Assembly: GCA_964640755.1 (NCBI GenBank) | Contig: CAZXIP010000002.1 | Coordinates: 1-41,442, forward strand | Length of the DNA stretch: 41,442 nucleotides | Origin: an uncultured Smithella sp. | Lineage (GTDB): Bacteria; Desulfobacterota; Syntrophia; Syntrophales; Smithellaceae | Reading direction: 5' to 3' | Shown here: in pieces, positions 26,661 to 36,042 of the stretch | Layout of the letters: each line of letters begins with the position of its first letter | Position numbering within the stretch: the stretch's first letter is position 1 | Position numbers and translations under genes: made by a program | Notes under the pieces: generated by a model | Databases searched by the model: none | Seen by the model: only the letters and a program-made list of their open reading frames with translations | What the model was told of the DNA's origin: nothing

Positions 26661-29600
26661 CTACTTAATCTCCGTATGGTAGCTCTGCAGGGATTTTGCC
26701 CGACCGTGTCCCTGCCGGAAAGCGCCGATGCCTTTGACGGCAGCCACCGCCGCGGCAACGGTTGTAATATAGGGAATCTTGTATTTAATGGCGGCTTTTC
26801 GGATATACGAATCGTCGTATTTACTCAAGCGCCCGGCCGGTGTGTTGATCACCAGCTGAATTTCTCCGTTTTTGATGGCGTCCACGATGTTGGGACGTCC
26901 TTCGTGCATTTTCAAAATCCGCTCTGAAGCCACATCATGACCGGTAAAAAACTGATGGGTGCCTTCCGAAGCGATTATCTTGAAACCGATTTTGGAAAAT
27001 GCGCGAGCCACTTCCAGAATGCCGCCTTTGTCCTTTTCTTCCACCGTAATCAGCACGGTTCCCTCCGTGGGGAGGCTTTGTCCGGTGGCTTCCTGCGACT
27101 TGTAATAGGCCAGCCCGAAAGAATCCGCCAGCCCCAGCACTTCACCGGTGGAGCGCATTTCCGGTCCCAGTACCGGATCGACTTCCTGATACATATTGAA
27201 AGGGAAAACGGCTTCCTTGACACCATAATGATGGAATATTTTTTTGTTCAGCTTCAGGTCTTTCAGTTTTTTGCCCAGCATGATCTGTGTGGCAAGTCTT
27301 GCCATCGAAACATTGCAGACTTTGGAAACCAGCGGCACGGTGCGCGAAGCACGTGGATTGGCCTCCAGGATGTAAACGACATCGCTGGCGATGGCGTATT
27401 GTATGTTCATCAGACCGACAACTCCGAATTCAATGGCGATTTTCCGGGTGTATTCGTTGATTGTTTCAATGTGTCGTGCCGGTATACTGATGGGCGGAAT
27501 GACGCAGGCGGAATCGCCGGAATGAATGCCGGCAAGTTCGATGTGCTCCATCACCGCAGGAACAAAGGCATCCGTTCCGTCAGATATGGCGTCTGCTTCC
27601 GCTTCAATGGCGTTTTCCAGAAATTTGTCGATCAGGATGGGTCGGTCCGGTGTGACATCAACGGCGGTGGTTACGTATCGGCGAAGCATTTCCTCATCAT
27701 GAACCACCTCCATGCCCCGGCCTCCCAGAACATAAGAGGGACGAACCATCAGCGGATACCCGATTTTCCCGGCCACTTTGAGGGCGTCTTTCAAATTGCT
27801 GGCCATTCCGGATTTGGGCATGGGAATTCCCAGCTTGTCCATCATCATCCGGAACTGGTCACGGTCTTCGGCAAGGTCTATTGTCTCGGGTGATGTGCCG
27901 ATGATCTTCACGCCGGCTTTCGCAAGTTCCGCAGCGATATTGAGAGGCGTCTGCCCGCCGAACTGAACAATCACGCCTTCGGGTTTTTCTTTTTGGTATA
28001 TGCTCAATACGTCTTCCGTCGTCAAAGGTTCAAAGTACAGTTTATTGGATGTGTCATAGTCGGTGGATACGGTTTCCGGGTTGCAGTTGACCATGATGGA
28101 TTCAATGCCTTCGTCGCGCAGGGCAAAAGCCGCATGCACGCAGCAGTAGTCAAATTCAATTCCCTGGCCGATGCGGTTCGGGCCGCCGCCCAGCACCATG
28201 ATCTTGCGGTTTTTGCTGACACCGACCTTGTCCGGAGCGTTGTAGGTCGAGTAATAATAAGCGGCATCTTCGACGCCGCTGACCGGCACGGCATCCCATG
28301 CCTCGGGCAGGCCGGCGCCCAGCCTCTGTTTGCGGATGTCTTCTTCCTTTTTGCCCAGAATCTGCGACAGGTAGCGGTCGGCAAATCCGTCTTTTTTAGC
28401 CTGGATCAAAAGATCGTCCGGCAGGGCCCGGCCCTTGAAGGCCAGAATTTTTTCTTCGAGTTCGACGAGCTCCTTCATTTGTCCGATAAACCATTTTTTG
28501 ATGAAGGTTTTTGTGTGAAGGGCATCTACGGATGCACCTTTGCGCAGCGCTTCGTACATGATGAACTGCCGTTCACTGGACGGTTCGCTGATCATCTCCA
28601 TCAGTTCATCGAGCGACCTGGTGTTGAAGTCCTTTGCAAAGCCCAGGCCGTAACGCTTTTTTTCCAGGGAGCGAATCGCTTTTTGCAGAGCTTCCTTGTA
28701 ATTCTTTCCGATGCTCATGACTTCGCCAACGGCCCGCATCTGTGTACCAAGCTTGTCGACGGAACCGGGGAATTTTTCAAAATCCCACCGTGCGAATTTA
28801 ACCACGATATAGTCGCCCGAGGGTGTGTATTTATCCAGTGTCCCTTCACGCCAGTAGGGTATTTCATCGAGCGTGATTCCCGTGGCCAGCATGGATGAAA
28901 TCAGTGCGATCGGGAAGCCGGTCGCCTTGGAGGCCAGAGCGGATGACCGGGATGTGCGCGGGTTGATCTCGATAACGACAATGCGGTCCGTTTTGGGATC
29001 ATGCGCGAACTGGACGTTTGTTCCGCCGATCACCTGGATGGCTTCCACAATGTCGTAAGAGTATTTCTGGAGCCGTTTCTGGACATCTTCGGAAATCGTC
29101 AGCATCGGCGCCGTGCAGTAGGAGTCACCGGTGTGAACACCCATCGGGTCCACATTTTCGATGAAGCAGACGGTGATCATGTTGTTTTTCGCGTCGCGGA
29201 CAACTTCCAGCTCCAGTTCTTCCCAGCCTATGACGGATTCTTCGATCAGGATCTGACCGATGAGACTCGCGGATATGCCGCGGCTGGCGATCAGCCTCAG
29301 TTCTTCAAGGTTGTATACAATTCCTCCGCCCGTCCCTCCCATGGTATAGGCAGGTCTGACAACCACCGGGTAACCCATCTCGGCGGCGATTTTTTCTGCA
29401 TCTTCCACGGAGGTTGCCGGCTTACTTTCAGGCATCTCAATGCCCAGCTTGTTCATGGCTTCCTTGAAGGCGATCCGGTCCTCGCCTCTTTCAATGGCGT
29501 CGACTTGCACGCCGATTACTTTTACGTTGTTCTTCTGCAAAACGCCGAGCTTGTATAATTCCGACGTCAGGTTCAGGCCGGTCTGTCCGCCCAGATTCGG

Positions 29601-29861
29601 CAAAATGGCGTCCGGCTTTTCATTTTCGATGATTTCAGTGATCGTCTGAGCGTTGAGGGGTTCAATATACGTCACATCGGCCATGCCGGGGTCGGTCATG
29701 ATCGTTGCCGGGTTGGAATTGACCAGAACGATCTGATAACCCAGCTTGCGCAGCGCCTTGCAGGCCTGCGTTCCCGAGTAGTCAAATTCACAGGCCTGTC
29801 CAATGACAATCGGGCCGGAGCCGATAATCAATACTTTTTTAATGTCTTTATTTTTTGGCAT
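26661..29861 (-). CDS. carB: Carbamoyl-phosphate synthase large subunit
   Basis: 1066 aa with a duplicated ATP-grasp architecture. The N-terminus MPKNKDIKKVLIIGSGPIVIGQACEFDYSGTQA and the second repeat KIMVLGGGPNRIGQGIEFDYCCVHA are hallmark CarB sequences. Confidence 0.95.
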   Translation of the reverse strand: MPKNKDIKKVLIIGSGPIVIGQACEFDYSGTQACKALRKLGYQIVLVNSNPATIMTDPGMADVTYIEPLNAQTITEIIENEKPDAILPNLGGQTGLNLTSELYKLGVLQKNNVKVIGVQVDAIERGEDRIAFKEAMNKLGIEMPESKPATSVEDAEKIAAEMGYPVVVRPAYTMGGTGGGIVYNLEELRLIASRGISASLIGQILIEESVIGWEELELEVVRDAKNNMITVCFIENVDPMGVHTGDSYCTAPMLTISEDVQKRLQKYSYDIVEAIQVIGGTNVQFAHDPKTDRIVVIEINPRTSRSSALASKATGFPIALISSMLATGITLDEIPYWREGTLDKYTPSGDYIVVKFARWDFEKFPGSVDKLGTQMRAVGEVMSIGKNYKEALQKAIRSLEKKRYGLGFAKDFNTRSLDELMEMISEPSSERQFIMYEALRKGASVDALHTKTFIKKWFIGQMKELVELEEKILAFKGRALPDDLLIQAKKDGFADRYLSQILGKKEEDIRKQRLGAGLPEAWDAVPVSGVEDAAYYYSTYNAPDKVGVSKNRKIMVLGGGPNRIGQGIEFDYCCVHAAFALRDEGIESIMVNCNPETVSTDYDTSNKLYFEPLTTEDVLSIYQKEKPEGVIVQFGGQTPLNIAAELAKAGVKIIGTSPETIDLAEDRDQFRMMMDKLGIPMPKSGMASNLKDALKVAGKIGYPLMVRPSYVLGGRGMEVVHDEEMLRRYVTTAVDVTPDRPILIDKFLENAIEAEADAISDGTDAFVPAVMEHIELAGIHSGDSACVIPPISIPARHIETINEYTRKIAIEFGVVGLMNIQYAIASDVVYILEANPRASRTVPLVSKVCNVSMARLATQIMLGKKLKDLKLNKKIFHHYGVKEAVFPFNMYQEVDPVLGPEMRSTGEVLGLADSFGLAYYKSQEATGQSLPTEGTVLITVEEKDKGGILEVARAFSKIGFKIIASEGTHQFFTGHDVASERILKMHEGRPNIVDAIKNGEIQLVINTPAGRLSKYDDSYIRKAAIKYKIPYITTVAAAVAAVKGIGAFRQGHGRAKSLQSYHTEIK

Positions 29862-29887
29862 AAGATCCTTTCAACTGTTTTTCAGAT

Positions 29888-30298
29888 TCATTCTTTTTTA
29901 TCTGGATATTCCGCTTCGACCTTGATGGCGATGCCGCCGCGCACGGCGAACTCCGCACTGACTCTGCACCAGCGGGGCTGAAGAGCGGCCACCAGGTCTT
30001 CAAGGATGATATTGGTGACGTGTTCATGAAAAATACCCTCATTGCGGAAAGACCATAAATATAGTTTCAGTGATTTTGATTCGACAATCTTCCTGTCGGG
30101 GATATACTGTATGGAAATGCTGGCGAAATCCGGCTGGCCGGTCTTCGGGCAGACACAGGTGAATTCTTCGGTGGAAAGTGTCACGGTGTAGTCGCGGCTG
30201 TGATGATTGGGGAACGTTTCCAGTTTGCGGACAGGTTTTGTTTTTTCCCCTAAAAGCGTCAAGCCTTTAAGATCATTTGATTTTGTTTTTTTTACCAT
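29888..30298 (-). CDS. queF: NADPH-dependent 7-cyano-7-deazaguanine (preQ0) reductase, type I
   Basis: EFTCVCPKTGQPDFA catalytic Cys motif and SLKLYLWSFRNEGIFHE motif are diagnostic of unimodular QueF. The stop is 26 nt before the carB start. Confidence 0.9.
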   Translation of the reverse strand: MVKKTKSNDLKGLTLLGEKTKPVRKLETFPNHHSRDYTVTLSTEEFTCVCPKTGQPDFASISIQYIPDRKIVESKSLKLYLWSFRNEGIFHEHVTNIILEDLVAALQPRWCRVSAEFAVRGGIAIKVEAEYPDKKE

Positions 30299-30441
30299 GA
30301 AGTTCCCCTGAACCCAAAAGAGTGCATTTCTTTACCGAAAGTTATGAATAATTTCAAGTTTATTCGTCCCGGCGAAAATACTTCGCATAAAACAATGATT
30401 TTATGTTAAATTTATCCGTAAGTCAGAAAGGAGACATGAAG

Positions 30442-30633
30442 ATGCCGGAAAACAAGACAACCATTCCTGAAAATACCTGGAAATGCAGCAATTGCGGAAA
30501 CACCGTCGTGGAGGTCCAGCCGCCGCAGATCTGTCCCGCCTGCCTTCAGAAATGTGAATTTCTGAATGTAACCTGTTACCAGCCGGACTGCGGGTTTACC
30601 GGTATGGACAACCGTCTGAAACCGTCAAAATAA
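30442..30633 (+). CDS. Small Cys-rich rubredoxin-like zinc-ribbon protein
   Basis: 63 aa with WKCSNCG...ICPAC (two CxxC knuckles as in rubrerythrin-type rubredoxin domains), plus three further Cys (QKC, CYQPDC). ATG 30442 lies 8 nt after AAGGAG. Confidence 0.5.
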   Translation: MPENKTTIPENTWKCSNCGNTVVEVQPPQICPACLQKCEFLNVTCYQPDCGFTGMDNRLKPSK

Positions 30634-30749
30634 CACTGCCCGGTAAAAAGGGATTTACACGGTGCGGAATAATGCCTTTCTTGCAGAAGCAGATCAGGCT
30701 GTCCGGGCAGATATGAACGAGCCCCGCGGAGTGGTTGATGCCCCTGCTT

Positions 30750-32108
30750 TTAACCGATGAGCGGTGCGAAAATTTCACTGAGCGTCGGGTGCGGTATGAC
30801 CCAGGAGCGCAGTTGCTTTCGGGTCAGCTGGCTGGCAACCGCCACGGCAAGCCCGGAAATGAGATCGGCCGCGTGGTCTCCCACAATAACCGCACCGATG
30901 ATTTTTTCTTTATAAAAAACGGCCTTGACAAAACCCTGACCCATCAGTTCTGTCCGTGCGATAATATTGGCGCTGTATAGAGACCTGACGACTTCAACGG
31001 ACAAGCCTTCGTTCAGGGCGCGTGACTCTGTGTAACCGACGCGCGCTATCTGCGGATGGCTGTACACCACCGACGGAATAAAATTTTCGTTGTAAAGATT
31101 GCCGGTTCCGACATACATATGTTCCACGGCGGCTTTGGCCTGCCGGGCCGCGCGGTGGGCCAGCATCATCCCGCCGGTGACATCGCCTGCGGCATAAATG
31201 CCCCGGACGGTGGTCATCATGTTTTTGTCCACTTTGATTCCGGCACTGCTATACCCGATTCCCAGCCTGTCCAGCTCAGCCCTGTGCAGCAGAGGCTTTC
31301 TTCCCGTGCAAAGCAGGGCGCATCCGGCGCGCATCTCCATGGTTTCCCCGTTTTTCCGTACCTGCATCACAACGCCGCCTGCCGATTCTTTCAGACTGAT
31401 GAGCTCTGTCGACGTGTGGACGGCAATACCCAGGCGGGCCAGTTCCTGGGTGAGAAATTCCGCGGCCTCTTGATCTTCCTGGGGCAAAAGGCGGTCCAGC
31501 AGTTCAACCAGGATCACCTTGACGCCAAGTTCCGCAAATACCGTGGCGTATTCGACGCCGATGAAACTTCCGCCGACAACAATCATGCCGGACGGGAGCG
31601 AGGTCATATCGAGAACTCCGTCTGAAGTCATGATCCGTTCCGCAGTCCCGATGTCCGGCAGGAGCTGCGGTTCCGACCCCCAGGCAATGAGGATGTTCTT
31701 TGTCTCAATCAACTGACTCTGACCGGATGCATCCACGTATCTCACTTCGCAGGGAGAGAGTATTTCGCCTGTGCCCGTTTTTGTTTCCACCTGTGCGTCG
31801 CCAAGTTCTTTTTGGGCACCCATGGCCGCTATCTTGACCATCTGGTCACGGTGTTTTTTCATGGCCATGTAGTCAACGGTGATGCCGTCAACATGGATAC
31901 CAAAGCGTTTGAGCTTTTTTAAGTCCGAGTATGATTTGCTGCAGGAAAGCAGCGCTTTTGTGGGGATGCATCCGCGGTGCGCACAGGTTCCACCCCAGCC
32001 GTTTTTTTCGATAATAAGGACGCGCTTTTTCTTTTGGGCCGCCGTTTGGGCTGCCGCCATGCCTCCCGGGCCTCCGCCAACGACAATCAGATCATATTTA
32101 TCGGACAT
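30750..32108 (-). CDS. lpdA: Dihydrolipoyl dehydrogenase family flavoprotein disulfide reductase
   Basis: DLIVVGGGPGGMAAA FAD motif, redox-active GGTCAHRGCIPTK, a second dinucleotide fold VVGGSFIGVE, and C-terminal HPTLSE. ATG 32108 (MSDKYD) is preferred over the ORF-track start at 32159. Confidence 0.8.
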   Translation of the reverse strand: MSDKYDLIVVGGGPGGMAAAQTAAQKKKRVLIIEKNGWGGTCAHRGCIPTKALLSCSKSYSDLKKLKRFGIHVDGITVDYMAMKKHRDQMVKIAAMGAQKELGDAQVETKTGTGEILSPCEVRYVDASGQSQLIETKNILIAWGSEPQLLPDIGTAERIMTSDGVLDMTSLPSGMIVVGGSFIGVEYATVFAELGVKVILVELLDRLLPQEDQEAAEFLTQELARLGIAVHTSTELISLKESAGGVVMQVRKNGETMEMRAGCALLCTGRKPLLHRAELDRLGIGYSSAGIKVDKNMMTTVRGIYAAGDVTGGMMLAHRAARQAKAAVEHMYVGTGNLYNENFIPSVVYSHPQIARVGYTESRALNEGLSVEVVRSLYSANIIARTELMGQGFVKAVFYKEKIIGAVIVGDHAADLISGLAVAVASQLTRKQLRSWVIPHPTLSEIFAPLIG

Positions 32109-32148
32109 GTTTGCATGTTCTCCTTTGGCAGGACAGGTAAAACGACGG

Positions 32149-33324
32149 TTATGCCTCACATTCCAATCGGTTACGGCCGCCTTCTTTAGCGCGGTACATG
32201 GACCGGTCGGCCCTGGCTATCATGGTGTCAATTTCTTCCCGCATCTGGTATTGTGACAGGCCGATCGAAGCGGTAATCCTGAAACCGTCTCCGATGTCGG
32301 GGAACCGGCATTTTTCGATATTGGTCAACATGCGCTCGGCGCAGATCATGGCTTCTTTCAGGTCCGTCTGAATCAGGACCAAAACAAACTCCTCGCCGCC
32401 ATACCGGCCGCAAAAGTCTGTGTTTCGCATGGTATTTTTAATAGCCGCGCTGATCCTCCGCAGCACTTCATCTCCCGCCTGGTGGCCGTAGGTGTCGTTT
32501 ACTTGTTTGAAATGGTCAATGTCGAGCATTGCAATTGTAAAGGTGCTGTTTCCGCGAAGGGATCGGTTCTTTTCATTTTCAAGGAGCTCCATGAGATGAC
32601 GGCGGTTGTAAAAGCCTGTCAGTTCGTCATGAATTGCTATTTCCTGGATGATCGCAAGGGATTTTTCCAGTTCTGATTGACTGATATTGAGGTTCTCGAC
32701 GGTTTTTTTCAGTTCAGAGCGGCTGGTGCTGAGGTTCCACCGAAGGGAGCTGATGTAGCCGCCGATGTAGGAAAAGTCGATCATGACGATGGCCAGCACA
32801 ATCCATTGGAGAAATTCATTGCGAAAGTTTACCCCTTCAGGACGGAAGATATACAGTAGGATAATGTCAGCTCCGTAAGTCAGCAGCGTGAAGATGCTGA
32901 TCAGGAAGAAATCGCGGGTATTGAGGCGAAAGATTCCGAACAACATCATGATAACATACATCAGCAGAAGCAATCCCCTCGATTCATTGGCGTAATACAT
33001 TACATATGCGATGGCCAGAGTGGCGGCACACATTTGTGCAAATGTCAGGCTGGGATCGGCAAATTTCAGGTTGAACCCTGTGCGGATGGCGATGTAGAAA
33101 ACAATATTGACTGCAGGAATGATAATCATCAGACCGGCAATGGCCGGCCATTCCGTTATGCCCGCCAGATAGGAAAAGTAAGCCAAACTGGTGTTCAGGA
33201 CGTAGGCGATTGACGCCATGAATAAACGACGTATCCTGAGCGCCTGATTCGGGTCATCTTTCGGGATAAAAGAAAAACGGGATGCCCCGCTGAAAACAGC
33301 ATGATATCCGGTTTCATTATTCAT
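32149..33324 (-). CDS. Membrane-anchored diguanylate cyclase (GGDEF domain, I-site present)
   Basis: About six hydrophobic helices in the N-terminal half, a coiled linker, then DELTGFYNRRH, RNTD-x5-GGEEF and DRSMYRAKEGGRN motifs. Confidence 0.8.
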   Translation of the reverse strand: MNNETGYHAVFSGASRFSFIPKDDPNQALRIRRLFMASIAYVLNTSLAYFSYLAGITEWPAIAGLMIIIPAVNIVFYIAIRTGFNLKFADPSLTFAQMCAATLAIAYVMYYANESRGLLLLMYVIMMLFGIFRLNTRDFFLISIFTLLTYGADIILLYIFRPEGVNFRNEFLQWIVLAIVMIDFSYIGGYISSLRWNLSTSRSELKKTVENLNISQSELEKSLAIIQEIAIHDELTGFYNRRHLMELLENEKNRSLRGNSTFTIAMLDIDHFKQVNDTYGHQAGDEVLRRISAAIKNTMRNTDFCGRYGGEEFVLVLIQTDLKEAMICAERMLTNIEKCRFPDIGDGFRITASIGLSQYQMREEIDTMIARADRSMYRAKEGGRNRLECEA

Positions 33325-33562
33325 AGTCGATTTGGGGACTCCTGCGACAGGGAAGTGTCATCATGTGCGATCGCCGTCAATTCATCCGACCTGAAAAAAG
33401 CAATTATTTTTCCTGTAGTATATGGGGAGGAGTTGTGTGTGTCAATGAAAAACCGGGTGATAATGAAACATTTGATCGATTCATCATGAAATGTTGCTGC
33501 GGCGGAATTCAAACTTGTCATCCTTTTTAATATCTGCTAGTTCATCGTGCAGGATATAGCGG

Positions 33563-34894
33563 ATGAAAGACATTCTGACCGTTTCGCAGCTGAACGATGA
33601 CATTAAAACCTTTCTTGAAGATACCTTTGGGTTGCTCTGGGTGGAAGGCGAAGTTTCCAACTTGCGCCGTCCTCCGTCCGGCCATATCTATTTCACGCTG
33701 AAGGACGACAAAAGCCAGATTCGGGCGGTTTATTTTCGCCAGTACGGCTACCGCGCGGCGAAATTTGACCTGGAAGACGGATTGAAGATCCTGTGCCGGG
33801 CACGCCTCTCCGCTTATCCGCCCCGCGGTGAATACCAGCTCATTGTGGAATCGGTCGAGCCTCAGGGTGTGGGAGCGCTGCAGAAAGCGTTTGAACAGCT
33901 CAAGGCGCGATTGGCGGCAGAAGGTTTGTTTGATCCGTCTCATAAAAAAGAACTGCCGTTTCTGCCCCGCTGCATCGGTGTTGTGACGTCGCCGACGGGA
34001 GCGGTGATCCGCGATATTCTGAACATTACACGTCGCCGGTTCCCGTCCGTGAATATTCTGATCGCGCCCGCGCGTGTCCAGGGAACAGAGGCGGCAGGTG
34101 AACTCATTTCCGCTCTGCGCAACCTCCATGCCAGCGGCAGGGCGGATGTTATCATTATAGCGCGGGGTGGCGGCTCTCTCGAAGATCTGGCGCCCTTCAA
34201 CGATGAGGGGCTGGCCAGGGAAATCTTTCGTTCATCCATTCCTGTTGTTTCAGCCGTCGGCCATGAAACCGACTTTACGATTTGTGACTTTGTGGCGGAT
34301 TTACGAGCGCCTACGCCTTCTGCGGCGGCGGAACTGGTGGTTCCCCGGAAAACGGAACTGCTGGAAACGCTCTGCGATCTGCATCGGAGACTGGCGGTTG
34401 CCCAGCGTCGTCATCTTGCTGATCAAAAAGACCGGATCGCTTCCCTGAAAAGCCGTTTCCGGGACCCGCGAAGGTTTTTAGCCGATTATTCGATTCACCT
34501 GGATGATTTGCGCGAAAGAATACAGCGCGCCGTAACGCAACATACAACGACATTAAAAAGCAGGCTGGCGCATTTGACGCTGGAGTTGCAGAATCAGAAT
34601 CCGCAAGCCCATGTCAGGGAGCGAAGGGTTTTTCTCGGCAGCCTGGAGAAAGACATTGTAAACTATTGGCATCGTTATTTCAGGGATCGCGAGGCACGGC
34701 TGAACAAAAGTGCAGCCCTTCTTTCTTCCCTTAGCCCGCTTGCCGTGCTGCAGAGGGGATACAGCATAACGCGCAGAGTGCCGGACGGGAAAATTATCCG
34801 TCAGGCAGGAGAGCTGACGCTGGATGAAAGGGTGAACATTCAGCTGGCCGAAGGCAATTTCCAGGCACGGGTGGAAAAAATTCAGGGGGAGTAA
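33563..34894 (+). CDS. xseA: Exodeoxyribonuclease VII large subunit
   Basis: N-terminal OB-fold motif (LTVSQLNDDIKTFLEDTFGLLWVEGEVSNLRRPPSGHIYFTLKD) and the catalytic region (GVVTSPTGAVIRDI...ARGGGSLEDL). Confidence 0.9.
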   Translation: MKDILTVSQLNDDIKTFLEDTFGLLWVEGEVSNLRRPPSGHIYFTLKDDKSQIRAVYFRQYGYRAAKFDLEDGLKILCRARLSAYPPRGEYQLIVESVEPQGVGALQKAFEQLKARLAAEGLFDPSHKKELPFLPRCIGVVTSPTGAVIRDILNITRRRFPSVNILIAPARVQGTEAAGELISALRNLHASGRADVIIIARGGGSLEDLAPFNDEGLAREIFRSSIPVVSAVGHETDFTICDFVADLRAPTPSAAAELVVPRKTELLETLCDLHRRLAVAQRRHLADQKDRIASLKSRFRDPRRFLADYSIHLDDLRERIQRAVTQHTTTLKSRLAHLTLELQNQNPQAHVRERRVFLGSLEKDIVNYWHRYFRDREARLNKSAALLSSLSPLAVLQRGYSITRRVPDGKIIRQAGELTLDERVNIQLAEGNFQARVEKIQGE

Positions 34895-34900
34895 AAAATC

Positions 34901-35134
34901 ATGGCGAAAGAAAAGTTTGAAGATGCTTTGGAAAAACTGGAAAATATAGTAAGAGATATGGAACGTGGTGAAATGCCGCTGGATTCGGCGCTGAAGTCTT
35001 TCGAGGAAGGCATTCGGCTGATCCGTTTTTGTTCGGCAAAACTGGACGAGACCCAGCGCCGCGTCGAGCAGCTTCTGGTAAAAGAGAATTCGCTGCAAAT
35101 AAAAAACTTTCAGGATGAAGACACCGATGAATAA
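34901..35134 (+). CDS. xseB: Exodeoxyribonuclease VII small subunit
   Basis: 77-aa helical protein (FEDALEKLENIVRDMERGEMPLDSALKSFEEGIRLIRFC) starting 6 nt after xseA. Confidence 0.9.
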   Translation: MAKEKFEDALEKLENIVRDMERGEMPLDSALKSFEEGIRLIRFCSAKLDETQRRVEQLLVKENSLQIKNFQDEDTDE

Positions 35135-36026
35135 TGAGGATTTTCTTGAGGCGTATTTAAGTGACCGGCAGAAAATTGTGGAGGAAGCGCTTCAGCGCTA
35201 CCTGTCTGATGAAGACGGTGTTCCGCATGATTTGCATAACGCCATGCACTACAGCGTGTTTGCCGGGGGCAAAAGGATCCGGCCGATTCTTTGTCTGGCG
35301 GCGCTCGAAGCGTGCGGCGGCGATATGGCGCCGGCCATGCCGGTAGCATGCGCATTGGAGCTGATTCACAGCTATTCCCTGATTCATGACGATCTGCCGG
35401 CGATGGATAATGATGATTTCCGCCGGGGCAAACCAACCAGCCATAAGGTTTTCGGTGAAGCATTGGCGATTCTGGCCGGTGATGCGCTTTTAACGGAAGC
35501 TTTCGTGCTGCTGTCACGCGCGGAAAAAGTCCGGCTGGCCGCTGAAAAACGTCTGGCTGTCATTCAGGAAATCGCCAGTGCAGCCGGCGCCGCCGGGATG
35601 GTCGGGGGGCAGGCGCTGGATGTCCGGACGGGAAAAATTTCACCCGATTTTGAGGGTCTGCAATGCATCCACCGGCTCAAAACAGGCGCCTTGATTGCAG
35701 TGGCGGTCAAAGCCGGAGCGATCCTGGCAGGTGCGAATGACGATAAGATCCAGTCGCTGAATGTATACGGCAGCCATCTGGGTATTGCTTTTCAGATTGC
35801 CGATGATATTCTCAACGTGGAAGGCGACAGCAGGCTGATGGGCAAGCAAACCGGCAGTGATGTCGCATCGGGCAAAGTCACTTATCCGACGCTGCTGGGG
35901 CTCGAGAATGCAAAGACCAAGCTGGTCGAGCATGTTGAGTCGGCAGTTGCCGCCATAGAGACTTTTGATTCGCGCGCGTTGCCGCTCAGGGTCATTGCCC
36001 GTTACATTATGGAAAGAAAATCGTAA
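35115..36026 (+). CDS. ispA: (2E,6E)-farnesyl diphosphate synthase / geranyltranstransferase
   Basis: First DDxxD motif LIHDDLPAMDNDDFRRGKPT and second motif FQIADDILN. It overlaps the xseB 3' end by 20 nt. xseAB-ispA-dxs is classic synteny. Confidence 0.85.
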   Translation: MKTPMNNEDFLEAYLSDRQKIVEEALQRYLSDEDGVPHDLHNAMHYSVFAGGKRIRPILCLAALEACGGDMAPAMPVACALELIHSYSLIHDDLPAMDNDDFRRGKPTSHKVFGEALAILAGDALLTEAFVLLSRAEKVRLAAEKRLAVIQEIASAAGAAGMVGGQALDVRTGKISPDFEGLQCIHRLKTGALIAVAVKAGAILAGANDDKIQSLNVYGSHLGIAFQIADDILNVEGDSRLMGKQTGSDVASGKVTYPTLLGLENAKTKLVEHVESAVAAIETFDSRALPLRVIARYIMERKS

Positions 36027-36042
36027 AGGTTTATTGAAACGA

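Noticed and set aside
26937-29558. Very long ORFs antisense to carB (318, 301 and 185 aa). Similar ones lie opposite the histidine kinase (22532-23311), xseA (33542-34129), hbd (4552-5136), the LOG gene (1852-2436) and porB (13874-14392). They could suggest overprinted genes.
   Set aside because: I checked the phases. Every one of these ORFs uses exactly the same codon boundaries as the sense gene on the opposite strand. In that frame, stops only arise from sense codons TTA, CTA and TCA, which are rare in this genome's codon usage. The translated products are low-complexity (Arg/Gly/His/Phe-rich) and have no Shine-Dalgarno sequence. Codon bias explains them.
30299-30441. Possible preQ1 riboswitch upstream of queF.
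   Set aside because: Reading the minus strand, I found no preQ1-I-like stem-loop followed by an A-rich tail with CUA, and no preQ1-II pseudoknot features. Only a short GCGAA/TTCGC hairpin is present. A covariance-model scan would be needed to exclude it formally.
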